Part shown: piece after piece, positions 31,101 through 41,126 of the stretch
Numbering within the stretch: position 1 is the stretch's first letter
How the letters are laid out: every line of letters begins with the position of its first letter
Virus record (IMG/VR): IMGVR_UViG_3300042898_002309
Location: 1 to 64,000 of that record
Length of the DNA stretch: 64,000 nucleotides
Direction: 5' to 3' (one strand)
From: a virus
Translations under genes and position numbers: made by a program
Notes under the pieces: generated by a model
The model's database searches: none
The model's input: the letters and a program-made list of their open reading frames with translations, nothing else
What the model was told of the DNA's origin: nothing

Positions 31101-34100
31101 TCCTTTAAGATTTTCAAGTTTAGCTTTAGCATCCTCTAGTTCTTGTGAATTTTCATTATTAGCTTCTTGTTTTAACTTGTTAATTTCTTCTTCATTATAT
31201 CCTGTATCTCTTTTTAACTGAGTATTAAATGCAATTTTAGCATCTTCAAGTTCTTTATCTTTTTGTTTTTGCTTTTCATCTATTGTATCTTTTAATTTTT
31301 CATTAACAGTAAGATCTGGTCCAGATGGTTTATTAATATGTCTTTCAGCAATAGTGATAAAAGTTTCATAATACTCATTATATAACTCACTTCCTTCAGG
31401 AATTATTCTTTTATTAGATTCTTGTATAAAATGTGAAGGTTTATTATTATGATCTTCAATCCAGTCAGCAAATTCATCTAAGTCAACATAAATATCTTCA
31501 TCAGCTAATGCAGCTAATAAATCATTATACTCAAGATTAGTAATAGATTTATTTACAGTATCTTTTACATAGTCTTTTCTATTTTGATATAGATTTTTCA
31601 TCCAGTCAAAATTTCTTTTAACATGTTCTGCAAATCCTTCTGGTGTTAAAAATAAATTTACATATTTAGCAAGTACTTTATTTTCATTTTTTAAACCATG
31701 ATAATCAAGAATATGATTAAAGGCATCTTCTAAATTTTGAATACCTGTATCAGTCTTTAATCCATTTTCTACTTGTAATAAATCTTCACCTCCTTTAACT
31801 AAGCTTTTTAAATAATTAGTAAATGAATCTTTATATTTTTGTTTATAATCAACTCCAGCATCTTTTAAATCTTTTTCAACTTGTTGCATTGCTATGATAT
31901 CAGCATCTTCACCAGTTAAACCTTCTTTTTGTTTTATTGCTTCTATTCTTTCTTTTACTGCTGTTTTTGAAACAAAATGAGAATGATAATTTGTATAATC
32001 CTCCATCATGTCTTGCATTGCCTCTAATTTATTAGTTTTTTGAGTTACTTGTTTTTTAGATTTATCATCTTTAAGAGTTTTTAATACATTAATTTCTTCT
32101 GTTAATAAGTCTATTTCAGTTAAAAATCTTTCAGGATCAGTAATAAGTTGTATATCATTAACATTAATAATTTGACTACCAGATAGTTTATCTAAAGAAG
32201 TGTTTATATTATTTAGTCTTTCTAAATTATCTTTAAAAGATTCATCTAAAAATATTGCATTGAATTGACCTTTTTGCCATGCTTTTTGAAATACAGCAGC
32301 CATTTCATACTGTGGTGTATCTTTTTTATAATTGCTAAGTTTAACAGGAGATTTCATTTTCTCAGTCCAGAATGTATGTGTTTTTTGCATTCTTTTAACT
32401 TTCTCAATTACTTTATCAATTTTTTGTGAAGCAGCAACTCCTTCTCCAGGTTTTAATTTCATTGCTTCTTCAAGTTGTTCAGGTTCTAATTTTTGAAGAT
32501 CTTTAAAATTTTCTATAAACTGTTTACTAGTACCAGTTTCAAGCATGTGATATACACTAGATACAAAAGCAGCATTTTTTGCATCTTTTACTGCTTTAGT
32601 ATCTGCTTCTTCATCATCATGTATTCTTGCTACTCTAGATTGAGTACCATAATTAAAATATGCTGAGTTAAAAAACTCAATAGGATCTTTATAGATTTCA
32701 TTTAATGAGTCTACTACTTCTTGTGCTCTTATTTTACTTTCTGCAGTTTGTCTTATATTTTCTGCATATTTTTCTTTATTAAAAATTTTATTGTATCCAA
32801 TAGAAGCAGCTTTACCAATATGTTCTATACCTCCTTGTAATGAACCCATTGCAAAACCTGATGCAAATGTTTCCCAACCTTGAGCACTAAATTGTTTTTT
32901 GGTAGCATTTCTAACAGTACCCATTGAATAATCAAAAGTAGCTTTAGCTGGATCATAATAAGAATCCATATAATAATTCTTAGTAGCTTCACCTATAACA
33001 TCTTGAGAAACTTCTTGTAAACCTTCTACCAAGTTTCTTTTAAAATAACTTAATCCAACTTTACCATATGTTGCTGGTTTTTTTAATGCTGCTAAAGATT
33101 GTTTAAATCCTTTTTCTGCAATTTTAAAACCTGCTTTAGGATCTAGTATTAAATCAGCACCTTTTAATGACATAATTTTTTCAGAAGTACCTAATAATCT
33201 TCTTGCTGAACCTTGCATAATATTAGGTACAGTAAGTTTATTACTATAATTAATAAGTACAGCATTTTTTAAAGTTACTTCATTACCAACTTGATTTGCT
33301 ACTTTTCTATATTGTGCTTGTAAATCATCAGATGGAGCTTCACCATTTTCATTATAGTATTTTTCATACATTTCTCTGTATGTCTCATTTTCTTTCATTC
33401 CACCTTCTAGTCTACCTTCAGAAAGTGCCATGTTAATATTTCTTACATCAAAATAAAATGCACCAAAACCTTTACTAACTTTAGCTAAATTACTTAAATT
33501 TTTAAATTCATCTGCACCTGTAAATGCTGCTTTACCATATGCCCAACTATTTTCTATAGGATTTATAAATTTAGCACCTGCATTTACTGTAGCATTAAAA
33601 AAAGTTCTTGCAGCTCCAACATCTTTTAAACTATTAACTTTTTTTAATAATTTTGAACCTGTTTCAGCAATATTCCATAATGCTTTTGGAGCTTTTAATA
33701 ATGAAGCAATACCTCCTCTAAGTCCACCTCCAACAACTCCAACTGCTGTTCCTTCAGGTCCTGCTAATGTACCAATTGCACCACCAATAACGGCACCTTC
33801 AACCATTCCTTCTCCAAATATACCAAGTGTATAAGAAAAACTATTAAATATATTATTAACAAAACCTCCTAATCCACCTACACTAGAATAACCAATAGCA
33901 GCTGCTTCTTCATAATCTAATGCTTCATCAATGTCTCCACCAAAATTACCTTGAGCCATTTGAGCATAACTTTTAGGACCAGAGATTGCACCTTTTATAA
34001 ATAATGGTACAGCAGAATGTTGGAACATTCTTATAGCACGATCTATTCCAGTAGTTTGTGAGTTATACATTAACTCATTATTCATTTCAGGATTAAAACC

Positions 34101-34478
34101 TACTCTATCATAAGTCTTTTGACCAAATGCTTTATATTTTGCTTTATGTGCTCCTTGAGCAGAAGCATCATAACTATGTGGTCTTATAAAAGATTCATTG
34201 CTCTGTAATTTTTGAAGACTGTTAGTCATATAATTTGACCAATCTTGAGCAGTAGCAGGAGTACTTTTTTTATTTACTTGTCCTGGATAACCTACAACTC
34301 TTTCTTGTATTGGCAATTGATTAACAATTAAACTTGGAACAACAGGTTTATAAAGAAACATGTCTTTATGCATGTTAATTTTTTCACCATTAAATGGAAG
34401 AAAGTCCTGAAGGTCTGCTTTACCTTGTTTAAATAAATCAGGATTAAGATTTTCTGAATTTGTTGGAGTATCTGCCAT
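28128..34478 (-). CDS. giant virion ejection protein with Gly-rich membrane segments and PD-(D/E)XK nuclease domain
   Basis: 2116 aa; hydrophobic Gly-rich N-terminal region, EGLQEVSQ; G..ID...RDFF...AGEMDLL...IIDIKT...Y..Q..IY. Confidence 0.8.
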   Translation of the reverse strand: MADTPTNSENLNPDLFKQGKADLQDFLPFNGEKINMHKDMFLYKPVVPSLIVNQLPIQERVVGYPGQVNKKSTPATAQDWSNYMTNSLQKLQSNESFIRPHSYDASAQGAHKAKYKAFGQKTYDRVGFNPEMNNELMYNSQTTGIDRAIRMFQHSAVPLFIKGAISGPKSYAQMAQGNFGGDIDEALDYEEAAAIGYSSVGGLGGFVNNIFNSFSYTLGIFGEGMVEGAVIGGAIGTLAGPEGTAVGVVGGGLRGGIASLLKAPKALWNIAETGSKLLKKVNSLKDVGAARTFFNATVNAGAKFINPIENSWAYGKAAFTGADEFKNLSNLAKVSKGFGAFYFDVRNINMALSEGRLEGGMKENETYREMYEKYYNENGEAPSDDLQAQYRKVANQVGNEVTLKNAVLINYSNKLTVPNIMQGSARRLLGTSEKIMSLKGADLILDPKAGFKIAEKGFKQSLAALKKPATYGKVGLSYFKRNLVEGLQEVSQDVIGEATKNYYMDSYYDPAKATFDYSMGTVRNATKKQFSAQGWETFASGFAMGSLQGGIEHIGKAASIGYNKIFNKEKYAENIRQTAESKIRAQEVVDSLNEIYKDPIEFFNSAYFNYGTQSRVARIHDDEEADTKAVKDAKNAAFVSSVYHMLETGTSKQFIENFKDLQKLEPEQLEEAMKLKPGEGVAASQKIDKVIEKVKRMQKTHTFWTEKMKSPVKLSNYKKDTPQYEMAAVFQKAWQKGQFNAIFLDESFKDNLERLNNINTSLDKLSGSQIINVNDIQLITDPERFLTEIDLLTEEINVLKTLKDDKSKKQVTQKTNKLEAMQDMMEDYTNYHSHFVSKTAVKERIEAIKQKEGLTGEDADIIAMQQVEKDLKDAGVDYKQKYKDSFTNYLKSLVKGGEDLLQVENGLKTDTGIQNLEDAFNHILDYHGLKNENKVLAKYVNLFLTPEGFAEHVKRNFDWMKNLYQNRKDYVKDTVNKSITNLEYNDLLAALADEDIYVDLDEFADWIEDHNNKPSHFIQESNKRIIPEGSELYNEYYETFITIAERHINKPSGPDLTVNEKLKDTIDEKQKQKDKELEDAKIAFNTQLKRDTGYNEEEINKLKQEANNENSQELEDAKAKLENLKGIIEQLEKIDVDVEELQAVVDGAIDNEIATEGEINLFVEEYFKNPKKVEEATPFVQDLITEAVLNGLSQEEATTQAFVVASYKFAFPELIKEKINTLKDTIEELSKPEVDVIDIETTDAWKDYQALIKKINEDYEEVFNGIIKDFKKAGATPSTVEEVNAIPERVTVTTPWSNIPDDLKVILQKEFDTFANSTYPNEDATALAIIRQNWLGSQSLLIDQYNNAQIGTENVEPELIARIPKFKSIANTFDSKTLDQLSVEDLKGILNILKTKLPKTKVKSKEANNIKSDINALQSYIRFIRTTRKATTNLESIVNLLNTNLLERQDEIDVLFTDGTTGKDVKSLEDLATKTKKGYIFDNGKEPQRVTKLVVDIEKEETGKDPYINQATTTAVGYYMQIEADTTIKESGKLKAFLDRLDSEIKNNKTFKQFNEIKFAKIKTALEKEFTEKSVFSIINDLSYSAAADSGTLIDGLIRDFFNDVKLIKPSNMSQGAFDSLFGQENGTGQKDGILTLIKDDVIDGKYTVYANNLNVFDKDLGDTGLAGEMDLLVVDNKGNISIIDIKTAQKATWDNFNKEGTNNFSKKYAYRTQQTIYKNLLYNMTGKKATIKLLPIELNYDVNGYIKSAKLATEIVDKGKSTVELVPVDAVDKYVPLKNIEDINIETEEQDRSEIQKLINSLENELVIERDVMGDLEKAAQITQQITELQAQLNVVQETPTTDTKAELEIELKRLKKESAEVMDVLDFENGAIIRDKIEAIENKLAALSTTDTTADETSIEDAKKIIKSSSALGDFVIDVNEEGEIVIPKFDDLLQPMQSARKISDLMIAYANAMIAVTEGNIPGDSNALINAIELKFNEKQVALGSKVSDKNLSKDDYIIAKKAIFDSVRGDIFIVSEVNDKKVKIKLLTTNKIYTATNEELIDNFKKHNKMAYEITNEPVAITEEDTAAVVETKNNLDDIKKDLSIFDDIKIKTQLQTKLQRFSKLKNNSPIC

Positions 34479-34482
34479 TGAC

Positions 34483-37400
34483 TTATTTTTTTGATTGGTT
34501 TATTTGATTTAATGTTATATTATTTGCACTTTCTAAATCTATAATTTGATTATTTAATACAGCTGGTACTAATTCAATGTTTCCACCATAATTTTGAGAT
34601 GGTGTATAATCTGTTCTTACATCCCATGTTCCATCAGATAAAAGAACTCTTATTTTATGTTGTACACTATAACCACCTGGCATATTTGCATTTGCTGTTA
34701 TTACATAACTATTATTTGGATCTATTGGACTTACATATTTAAAACCTTTTTCACCTTGTGCATTAATTACACCTTCAACTGGACCCATTCTTGATTTTTT
34801 TGCTAATGTATTTGACCAATGATTATTTGGTGCTACAAATGAAATACCATATGTCATTGCTGAATTTGCTTCATCTTCTGTTATTAATCCTGTTGGATTA
34901 GTTTTAGTAATAATTAAATCTTTATATGTTTCAGGACTAAATTTAAATATCATTGCAGATTTATTACTGTCTTCACCTGCAATAATTGCATGTTGTACAT
35001 AAGATCTTCCAGGAGTTTCTCTTTGAGATAATACTTGTATTAAATTTATAATTTTTTGAGTGTGGGCATTTCCCATTGCTTTAGAAGCATCTAATGTTCC
35101 TTTACTAATACCACTAAATGTAGCAGTATAATTTTTTGAATCAGATTGATTAAAATTTTGTATATCTCTTATTGTTTCATTAAAAATAGCATTTCCAACA
35201 GCACCAGGTACTTTTGGAAGAACTTCAACTGCTTGTAAATCCATTGAATATTTAGCTGTTTTACCACCTGCTGATGTTCTACCAACTACATCATATCTTT
35301 TAATTTCATTACTTTTTACAATATTAGTATATGCAGTATTTAATGAATTATATACCGATTCAATATCAGATGCACTATTTAACTCATTAATGTAATCATT
35401 TACTATTTTAGCACCTGTATCATTTGGTTTATACCATGCAGATTCTTTTGGTTGTGCTTTACCTGCAGCAATTCTTTTTTTCAATTCATTTTGTTGTGCA
35501 GTTGTTAAATTATTTGGTTTATTAGTAATATCACTAATACTATATACATTATCCATATTATTAAGCATAAGATATTTATCTTCACCTTTTTTAGGTAAAT
35601 TTTTTGCTAATGCTGCTGTATTTTTTAAAAATTTAGTTTTATCAATTAAATCTAAACCAGATACTGATGAATTTGCAATTTTTTCTGCAGTTATATCATC
35701 AATTCCTTGTGATTTTAATACTCCTTTTAATGAAGTTACTATTGTTTTACGATTTGCAATATCAGTTTGGTATATACCTTTTAATGCTGAAGTATATGTA
35801 GACATTTTTAATCCAGCACTTAATTCTCCATCAGGTGAATAATTCATATTATTAATATAAGTTGCTACAGATTCTCTTGCATTTTGACTTTTTGCATATG
35901 CATCAATTGCTTGTTTTAATTTTATTAATTTTGCAGTACCATAAGTATTTAAAAAAGCTGTTGGATTTTTATTATACTCTTCTAAAAATTTAGCAGGAGT
36001 CATCATTTTCATTGTTCCTCCAATTAATTCATCTCTTACAGTAGTACCTTTTAACATTGCTGATACTACTGGAAGTGCAACGTTTGTTGAACTTAATTCA
36101 TTACTTAACATATTCATAGTAGTTGATAACCACGGTGTTACATTTTCTTTTGCCCAATCACCTTTTTGTTCTCTGTTTTCAAGTACACCTGAATTTGGAT
36201 CAGCAGCACCAGCACCACTATTTGCTCCTGGTAATGTAAAAGTTTGAAAAACATTTTCATTATCAACTATTTGACCTTGTGCATTAATTACTTTGCTACC
36301 AGTATCTACACCTTTTAAAAGTATATCTCTTTGAAATTTAAGATCATCATCTTCTCTTTGTGCTTGTCTTGTTCTTTGTGCTTCATCTACTCTATACATA
36401 TGAGCTTCTGCTTGTAATGCAAATGGATTAGCTTGATAATCTACTTTAACATGGCTATCAGCAAAAATAAGTGCAGATTCTTGTATATCTTGACTTAATA
36501 ATAAACTTGCAGTACCTACATCTACTTTTTGTCTTAATGATGCAATATCTGAAAAAGGATTATTATCTCCTGTTGTAGTTGATAAAGTTCTTGAATTAGG
36601 GGTATTTACTATATTATTAACAGTTTCATCATTTGCTAATACAGCATCAGTTACTGCAATATTTTTTTTAAGTTGTTCAAGATATGCATTAGTATTAATA
36701 TTTGCGTCACCACTTTCTATAGATTTAGTTACTTCTTGTTCTCTATTACTATTTACAGTTTGTTCATTTTTTGAATTTTCATATCTTTGTTTAGAATATT
36801 GACTTATATTATTATACTGTTTTGTCAAATACTCTCTTTCAGCAAGATTAACATCCCCTCCATGAACAGCAGCATTTTGATACATGTAATCTTTTCTATT
36901 TAAATAAGCCTGAGTTTTATAAACATCTGCAACAGCAGGATCTGAACTAAATTGAGCTTGAAGTAATTTCATTAATGGTTCAACAATAGCTTCTCTTCCT
37001 CCAGTAGTCTTAACAATAAATTTACCATCAAATTCAATTGGTGCTTCAATTTTATCAAACCCATTATCTTTAGCAATTTTTTGAGCTTTTTCAATTATAT
37101 TAAGATAAGGAGTGTAAGATACATTACCAAGATTCATTGTTTCCTCAAGAGTAGAATTTTTAAATTCTTCAGTTCTATAATCAATTTCTCTTAACCCATC
37201 ATCCCAATATTTTGCTGCTTGCTTTTCATCTTTATTATTTTTTAAACCAAGACCATATTCTCTCTCACTATTTTTATTTTTAGTCCAAGCCATATCTTTC
37301 ATAAGATGTTTATCTTGATAGAAAGGTTTAAATACTTGAGTAGCTTGATCAACATTTTGTTGTAATGATAAATCTAAACCAGAAACACGTTTTAAATTAA

Positions 37401-37617
37401 AGTCAATTGCTTTAAGTAATTCATCTTTCTTTTTAAGATTATCTCCATGAGTTAAATCTGCATAGAAATATTGACCATAAACATTATTTAATGCTTTATA
37501 GTTTGTATCATACTGATTTTGCTTTGTCTGTAATGTTTTTGCATAAAAATTTAAATCAGGTTGAAAGGGTTGAAATTGAGGTATAAAATCAGTAACTCCT
37601 TGAAGATATGTTGCCAT
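34483..37617 (-). CDS. virion cargo/ejection protein
   Basis: 1044 aa; N-terminus MATYLQG...FQP..NFY...L..KQ.QYD; lies directly upstream of the giant trio as in crAss-like phages. Confidence 0.65.
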   Translation of the reverse strand: MATYLQGVTDFIPQFQPFQPDLNFYAKTLQTKQNQYDTNYKALNNVYGQYFYADLTHGDNLKKKDELLKAIDFNLKRVSGLDLSLQQNVDQATQVFKPFYQDKHLMKDMAWTKNKNSEREYGLGLKNNKDEKQAAKYWDDGLREIDYRTEEFKNSTLEETMNLGNVSYTPYLNIIEKAQKIAKDNGFDKIEAPIEFDGKFIVKTTGGREAIVEPLMKLLQAQFSSDPAVADVYKTQAYLNRKDYMYQNAAVHGGDVNLAEREYLTKQYNNISQYSKQRYENSKNEQTVNSNREQEVTKSIESGDANINTNAYLEQLKKNIAVTDAVLANDETVNNIVNTPNSRTLSTTTGDNNPFSDIASLRQKVDVGTASLLLSQDIQESALIFADSHVKVDYQANPFALQAEAHMYRVDEAQRTRQAQREDDDLKFQRDILLKGVDTGSKVINAQGQIVDNENVFQTFTLPGANSGAGAADPNSGVLENREQKGDWAKENVTPWLSTTMNMLSNELSSTNVALPVVSAMLKGTTVRDELIGGTMKMMTPAKFLEEYNKNPTAFLNTYGTAKLIKLKQAIDAYAKSQNARESVATYINNMNYSPDGELSAGLKMSTYTSALKGIYQTDIANRKTIVTSLKGVLKSQGIDDITAEKIANSSVSGLDLIDKTKFLKNTAALAKNLPKKGEDKYLMLNNMDNVYSISDITNKPNNLTTAQQNELKKRIAAGKAQPKESAWYKPNDTGAKIVNDYINELNSASDIESVYNSLNTAYTNIVKSNEIKRYDVVGRTSAGGKTAKYSMDLQAVEVLPKVPGAVGNAIFNETIRDIQNFNQSDSKNYTATFSGISKGTLDASKAMGNAHTQKIINLIQVLSQRETPGRSYVQHAIIAGEDSNKSAMIFKFSPETYKDLIITKTNPTGLITEDEANSAMTYGISFVAPNNHWSNTLAKKSRMGPVEGVINAQGEKGFKYVSPIDPNNSYVITANANMPGGYSVQHKIRVLLSDGTWDVRTDYTPSQNYGGNIELVPAVLNNQIIDLESANNITLNQINQSKK

Positions 37618-37632
37618 AATATTATTATTAAT

Positions 37633-37682
37633 CTATATTGTAAATATATTAAAATTTTATAAGTTTACTAAACCTATAAAGT
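37633..37682 (-). promoter_or_regulatory. putative late promoter (GTTTA..GTAAAC + AAAATT..TATATTT..ATA)
   Basis: Motif shared with the intergenic regions at 43696-43745, 58858-58882 and 61769-61795. Confidence 0.5.
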
Positions 37683-40600
37683 TTATGTAAACATAAAAGG
37701 AAAAACATTAGATCCCATTACATATGCCATTTGAACAGAACCACCTTTTTTACCTTGTGACATATTATTATACATATCAGGTATTTCATTACTTATACCT
37801 TGTTGATTCATATAATTATTTAACAATAGTCCTTGTGATTTTTCTGGTAATCCTGCAGCATTTATTTTATTAGCATATGCAAAATAATCTTTTTGTTGCT
37901 CAGGAGAAAAACCTCTATTAGTATCACGGTAATACATTCTACCACCTGATCTAGGATCAACTGCATAATTTGGATACATTTGATTCATTGCATCAGTTTG
38001 CCACATATTAGTAAGTAATGTATTTTCTGAGTCAACTAAGTTATGTCTTAGTGCACGTTTAGTATTATCAAATTGTTGATTAGCAATTACATTTTGATCA
38101 TATAACTGTTTATTTTGTGCTTGATTATATCTTTGAGCTTCATTTCTTATTTGTGCATTACTACCAGCAAATTGATTAGCTAAACCAACATTAAGATTAT
38201 TATATCTTCCTAATGTATCTGCTGCTTGTTTAGCTCCTTGTCCTTGAATAGATGCTGCTCTTGCAGATAAATCTTGTGCCCCCATAAATTGCCCTAATGC
38301 TTGATTAGTTATATTTGCTTGTTCAGATTGTGCTGCTAACTCTCTAGTAGGATCATAGAAAGTAGGATCTAACATTTCAGGATGATAACTAGCTGCCCAT
38401 GGTAAATATTTTTCAGCACTAAAATAATCTAATCCAGCATTAAGTCTATTTAATTTATCTTGTGCCCATGGTGCTGGAGGAATTTCAACATTTGGTTCTT
38501 GTTGGTATTCATCTTGAACAATTTCTTCTTCAGTTGGTATACCTTCTACATCAGTTTCATATAATTCTTTTTTTGTTGGAACATATGCTCCTTTTTGTTC
38601 TCCAGTAGTATCAGTATATACCCAATCAATAGGAGAAATTCTAGGATTTTTTTGTCCTTTTTCATCAGCCGCACCACTTTCATATGCTCCCCAATTTTCT
38701 AATGCTTTTTTTTCTTCTGGTGTTTTTACTTTATTATTTATTGCATCAGTAAATCCTTGAAAAGTAGCTTGTTCTAATGCTGTATCCCCTAATTTAATTC
38801 CAACTCTATCAAATGCTTTTCCTAAATCAGTAATGTCTTTATCCTTATATATTTTATATTGATTTTGTGCTTCAGTAAGAGTTATTGGTTTTCCAGCATC
38901 TGTTATAATTTTTTTAGCAACCATTTGTTGAGGTGTCAATAATTTACCAGTGGATGCATTTTCAAAATATCTTGCTTGAATACCATGTGCTTGTAATGCA
39001 GTATTTCTTTTTTGATGTTTAAGAAAAGCATCTCTTATTTCTTCATTACTAAACTGTTTATCTTTATATGCTGTATATGCTTTACTAGTTTTACCAGTAC
39101 TACTTCTATATTTAGTTTCATCTTTAAGTGCTGCACGTGTATAATCTGCAAGAACTTTTGTAAATTCAGGAGTATTAATGGATTTTTCCATTTCTCTAAA
39201 TGTTGCAGCATATTCTTTTGCATTATTCCAAGTAGTTCCTAAATCTTGACCAGTGTATGGATCTGATCCTACTGTTCTTTGAGATACTTTTTTATATTTA
39301 CCATCTGGCATAAGTATATAAACTGGTTTAGTACCTGCTTTAGCAAATTCTAAATCTCTTGCTTTAGCATATTCTTCATCAGTTTTATATTCACCTCTAT
39401 TAATTACAACAGCCCCTTCAGGAATATTATATTTAACTTCACCTTTACTTTGGTATCTAGTTAATGAACCACCATTTCTATATCCTGAAGGAGGAGTATA
39501 ACCATCAGTTCCAATACTACCTTGTGAAAATCTTGGAGTTTCACCTTTAAAACTAGGTGTAAAAGGAGCACTTTGATTAGTTTTTAAACTTGCATTTACA
39601 AAATTATTTTCACCTTGATTAGTTGGCACTTCAGGTGTTGAAGATACTTCAGGTACTTCAGGTGTTGAAGGTGTTGAAGATCCATAAGTATTATAATAAT
39701 TATTTTGACTTTGTGGTCTTACTTGTGTGTTATCATTATTTTGATTAGATGCTGCACCAGATTGAGGATAACCATAATAATTATTAATTACATTTTTTTT
39801 ATTTTTAATTCTACGTTTATTATTACCACCAAATAAATTACTAAAGAATCCACCACCACTTGTAGATTGATTATTTTCTGAATTATTTTCTGAACCAAAT
39901 TGTTCCATAGGATTAAAGCCACCCATAGTAGTTCCATATTGAGCCATAGGTGTTTCCATCATTTCCTCTTGTGGATTCTGTCCTTGAGGACCTTCAGCCA
40001 TTTCTTCTTGAGGATTTTGTTGTCCTTGTTGCATTACTTCTTGAATAGCAGCCTGTGCTTCTTCTTGAGGCATACCAACTTGTACAAGTATTTGCATTAT
40101 TGCTTGAGGAGGAACTTGATTTTGTAGTAATTGCATTATTACATCTTCAGGTTGTGCACCTTGTTGTAACATTTGTTGAACTTGTTGAACCATTTGTGCA
40201 AGAGGATCAGCACCACCTTGTTGTTGTGGTGCACCTTGTTGTTGCTGTTGTTGCATCATTGCCATTTCTTCAGGAGAAGGTTGACCTTGTTCCATTCCTT
40301 GTTGAGCTACTCTTAATCTTCTACCCATTTGAAAGCCATATCTTCCCATTGGAGATTCCATAGACTCTTCTTGAGGATTTTGCATACCTTGAACTTGCTC
40401 TACAGATTCTTCTTCAGGAGATTGTACACCCATACCTTGATTCTCATATGGATTTTGCATTGCTTGACTATTAACCTGTGCTTCTGGTTTAGCTTTTTGT
40501 GGTATCAAGTCTTCATCTTTAATGCCCATTTGTTCCATATATGGTCTAGCTACTTCAGGTATACCTTGTGGGAATCCTTTTTTACTTTCTTGTGCAATTG

Positions 40601-41117
40601 CTAATGCACCAAGTTTCATATTAATATTTTTAATCATTAACTCAGCAGACTTTTTATCTACTTTATCTGAGTTAGGATCTTCTAATATTTTTCTATACTT
40701 ATTAATATCATATGGTTTAGCTAGTTCAGCAGGAGTAAATGACCCAGTTTTTTTACCAAATTTAGCAAGTATTTTTGGATCTTTAATTTTCATAGATGCA
40801 GTATCACTGAATATAAATGTACCATCAGGCAAATTTAAAGGAGTTCCTCCATTACTATGTCTTTTTCCACCAATAAGCATGTGTTCAGGAAACCCATCTC
40901 CATTGATATCACCAAATGCAGACTCACCTTTTTCAGCTTCTAGATTAGCTTCATCTCTTGGTACTTGTTTTAGATACCTAGTATTTTCAAGATGTCTTGA
41001 TGCAGCATTCATATCAGCTCCACCAAAACTAATTACTTGCTTATTTAAATTGTTACCTGTAAAACCTCCTGATTTTGCTTGTGGTAATCCTTTAGTTATT
41101 TTTACTTTAAAGTACAT
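37683..41117 (-). CDS. virion cargo protein with Gln-rich low-complexity region
   Basis: 1144 aa; EAEKGE...GKRHSNGG...P.GTFIFSD motif; Q/M/P-rich segment; Q/N/A-rich helical C-terminus. Confidence 0.7.
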   Translation of the reverse strand: MYFKVKITKGLPQAKSGGFTGNNLNKQVISFGGADMNAASRHLENTRYLKQVPRDEANLEAEKGESAFGDINGDGFPEHMLIGGKRHSNGGTPLNLPDGTFIFSDTASMKIKDPKILAKFGKKTGSFTPAELAKPYDINKYRKILEDPNSDKVDKKSAELMIKNINMKLGALAIAQESKKGFPQGIPEVARPYMEQMGIKDEDLIPQKAKPEAQVNSQAMQNPYENQGMGVQSPEEESVEQVQGMQNPQEESMESPMGRYGFQMGRRLRVAQQGMEQGQPSPEEMAMMQQQQQQGAPQQQGGADPLAQMVQQVQQMLQQGAQPEDVIMQLLQNQVPPQAIMQILVQVGMPQEEAQAAIQEVMQQGQQNPQEEMAEGPQGQNPQEEMMETPMAQYGTTMGGFNPMEQFGSENNSENNQSTSGGGFFSNLFGGNNKRRIKNKKNVINNYYGYPQSGAASNQNNDNTQVRPQSQNNYYNTYGSSTPSTPEVPEVSSTPEVPTNQGENNFVNASLKTNQSAPFTPSFKGETPRFSQGSIGTDGYTPPSGYRNGGSLTRYQSKGEVKYNIPEGAVVINRGEYKTDEEYAKARDLEFAKAGTKPVYILMPDGKYKKVSQRTVGSDPYTGQDLGTTWNNAKEYAATFREMEKSINTPEFTKVLADYTRAALKDETKYRSSTGKTSKAYTAYKDKQFSNEEIRDAFLKHQKRNTALQAHGIQARYFENASTGKLLTPQQMVAKKIITDAGKPITLTEAQNQYKIYKDKDITDLGKAFDRVGIKLGDTALEQATFQGFTDAINNKVKTPEEKKALENWGAYESGAADEKGQKNPRISPIDWVYTDTTGEQKGAYVPTKKELYETDVEGIPTEEEIVQDEYQQEPNVEIPPAPWAQDKLNRLNAGLDYFSAEKYLPWAASYHPEMLDPTFYDPTRELAAQSEQANITNQALGQFMGAQDLSARAASIQGQGAKQAADTLGRYNNLNVGLANQFAGSNAQIRNEAQRYNQAQNKQLYDQNVIANQQFDNTKRALRHNLVDSENTLLTNMWQTDAMNQMYPNYAVDPRSGGRMYYRDTNRGFSPEQQKDYFAYANKINAAGLPEKSQGLLLNNYMNQQGISNEIPDMYNNMSQGKKGGSVQMAYVMGSNVFPFMFT

Positions 41118-41126
41118 AATATAAAA

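Noticed and set aside
40522-41124. 200-aa + strand ORF
   Set aside because: Antisense shadow of the conserved N-terminal domain of the 1144-aa gene; no recognisable motifs or expression context.
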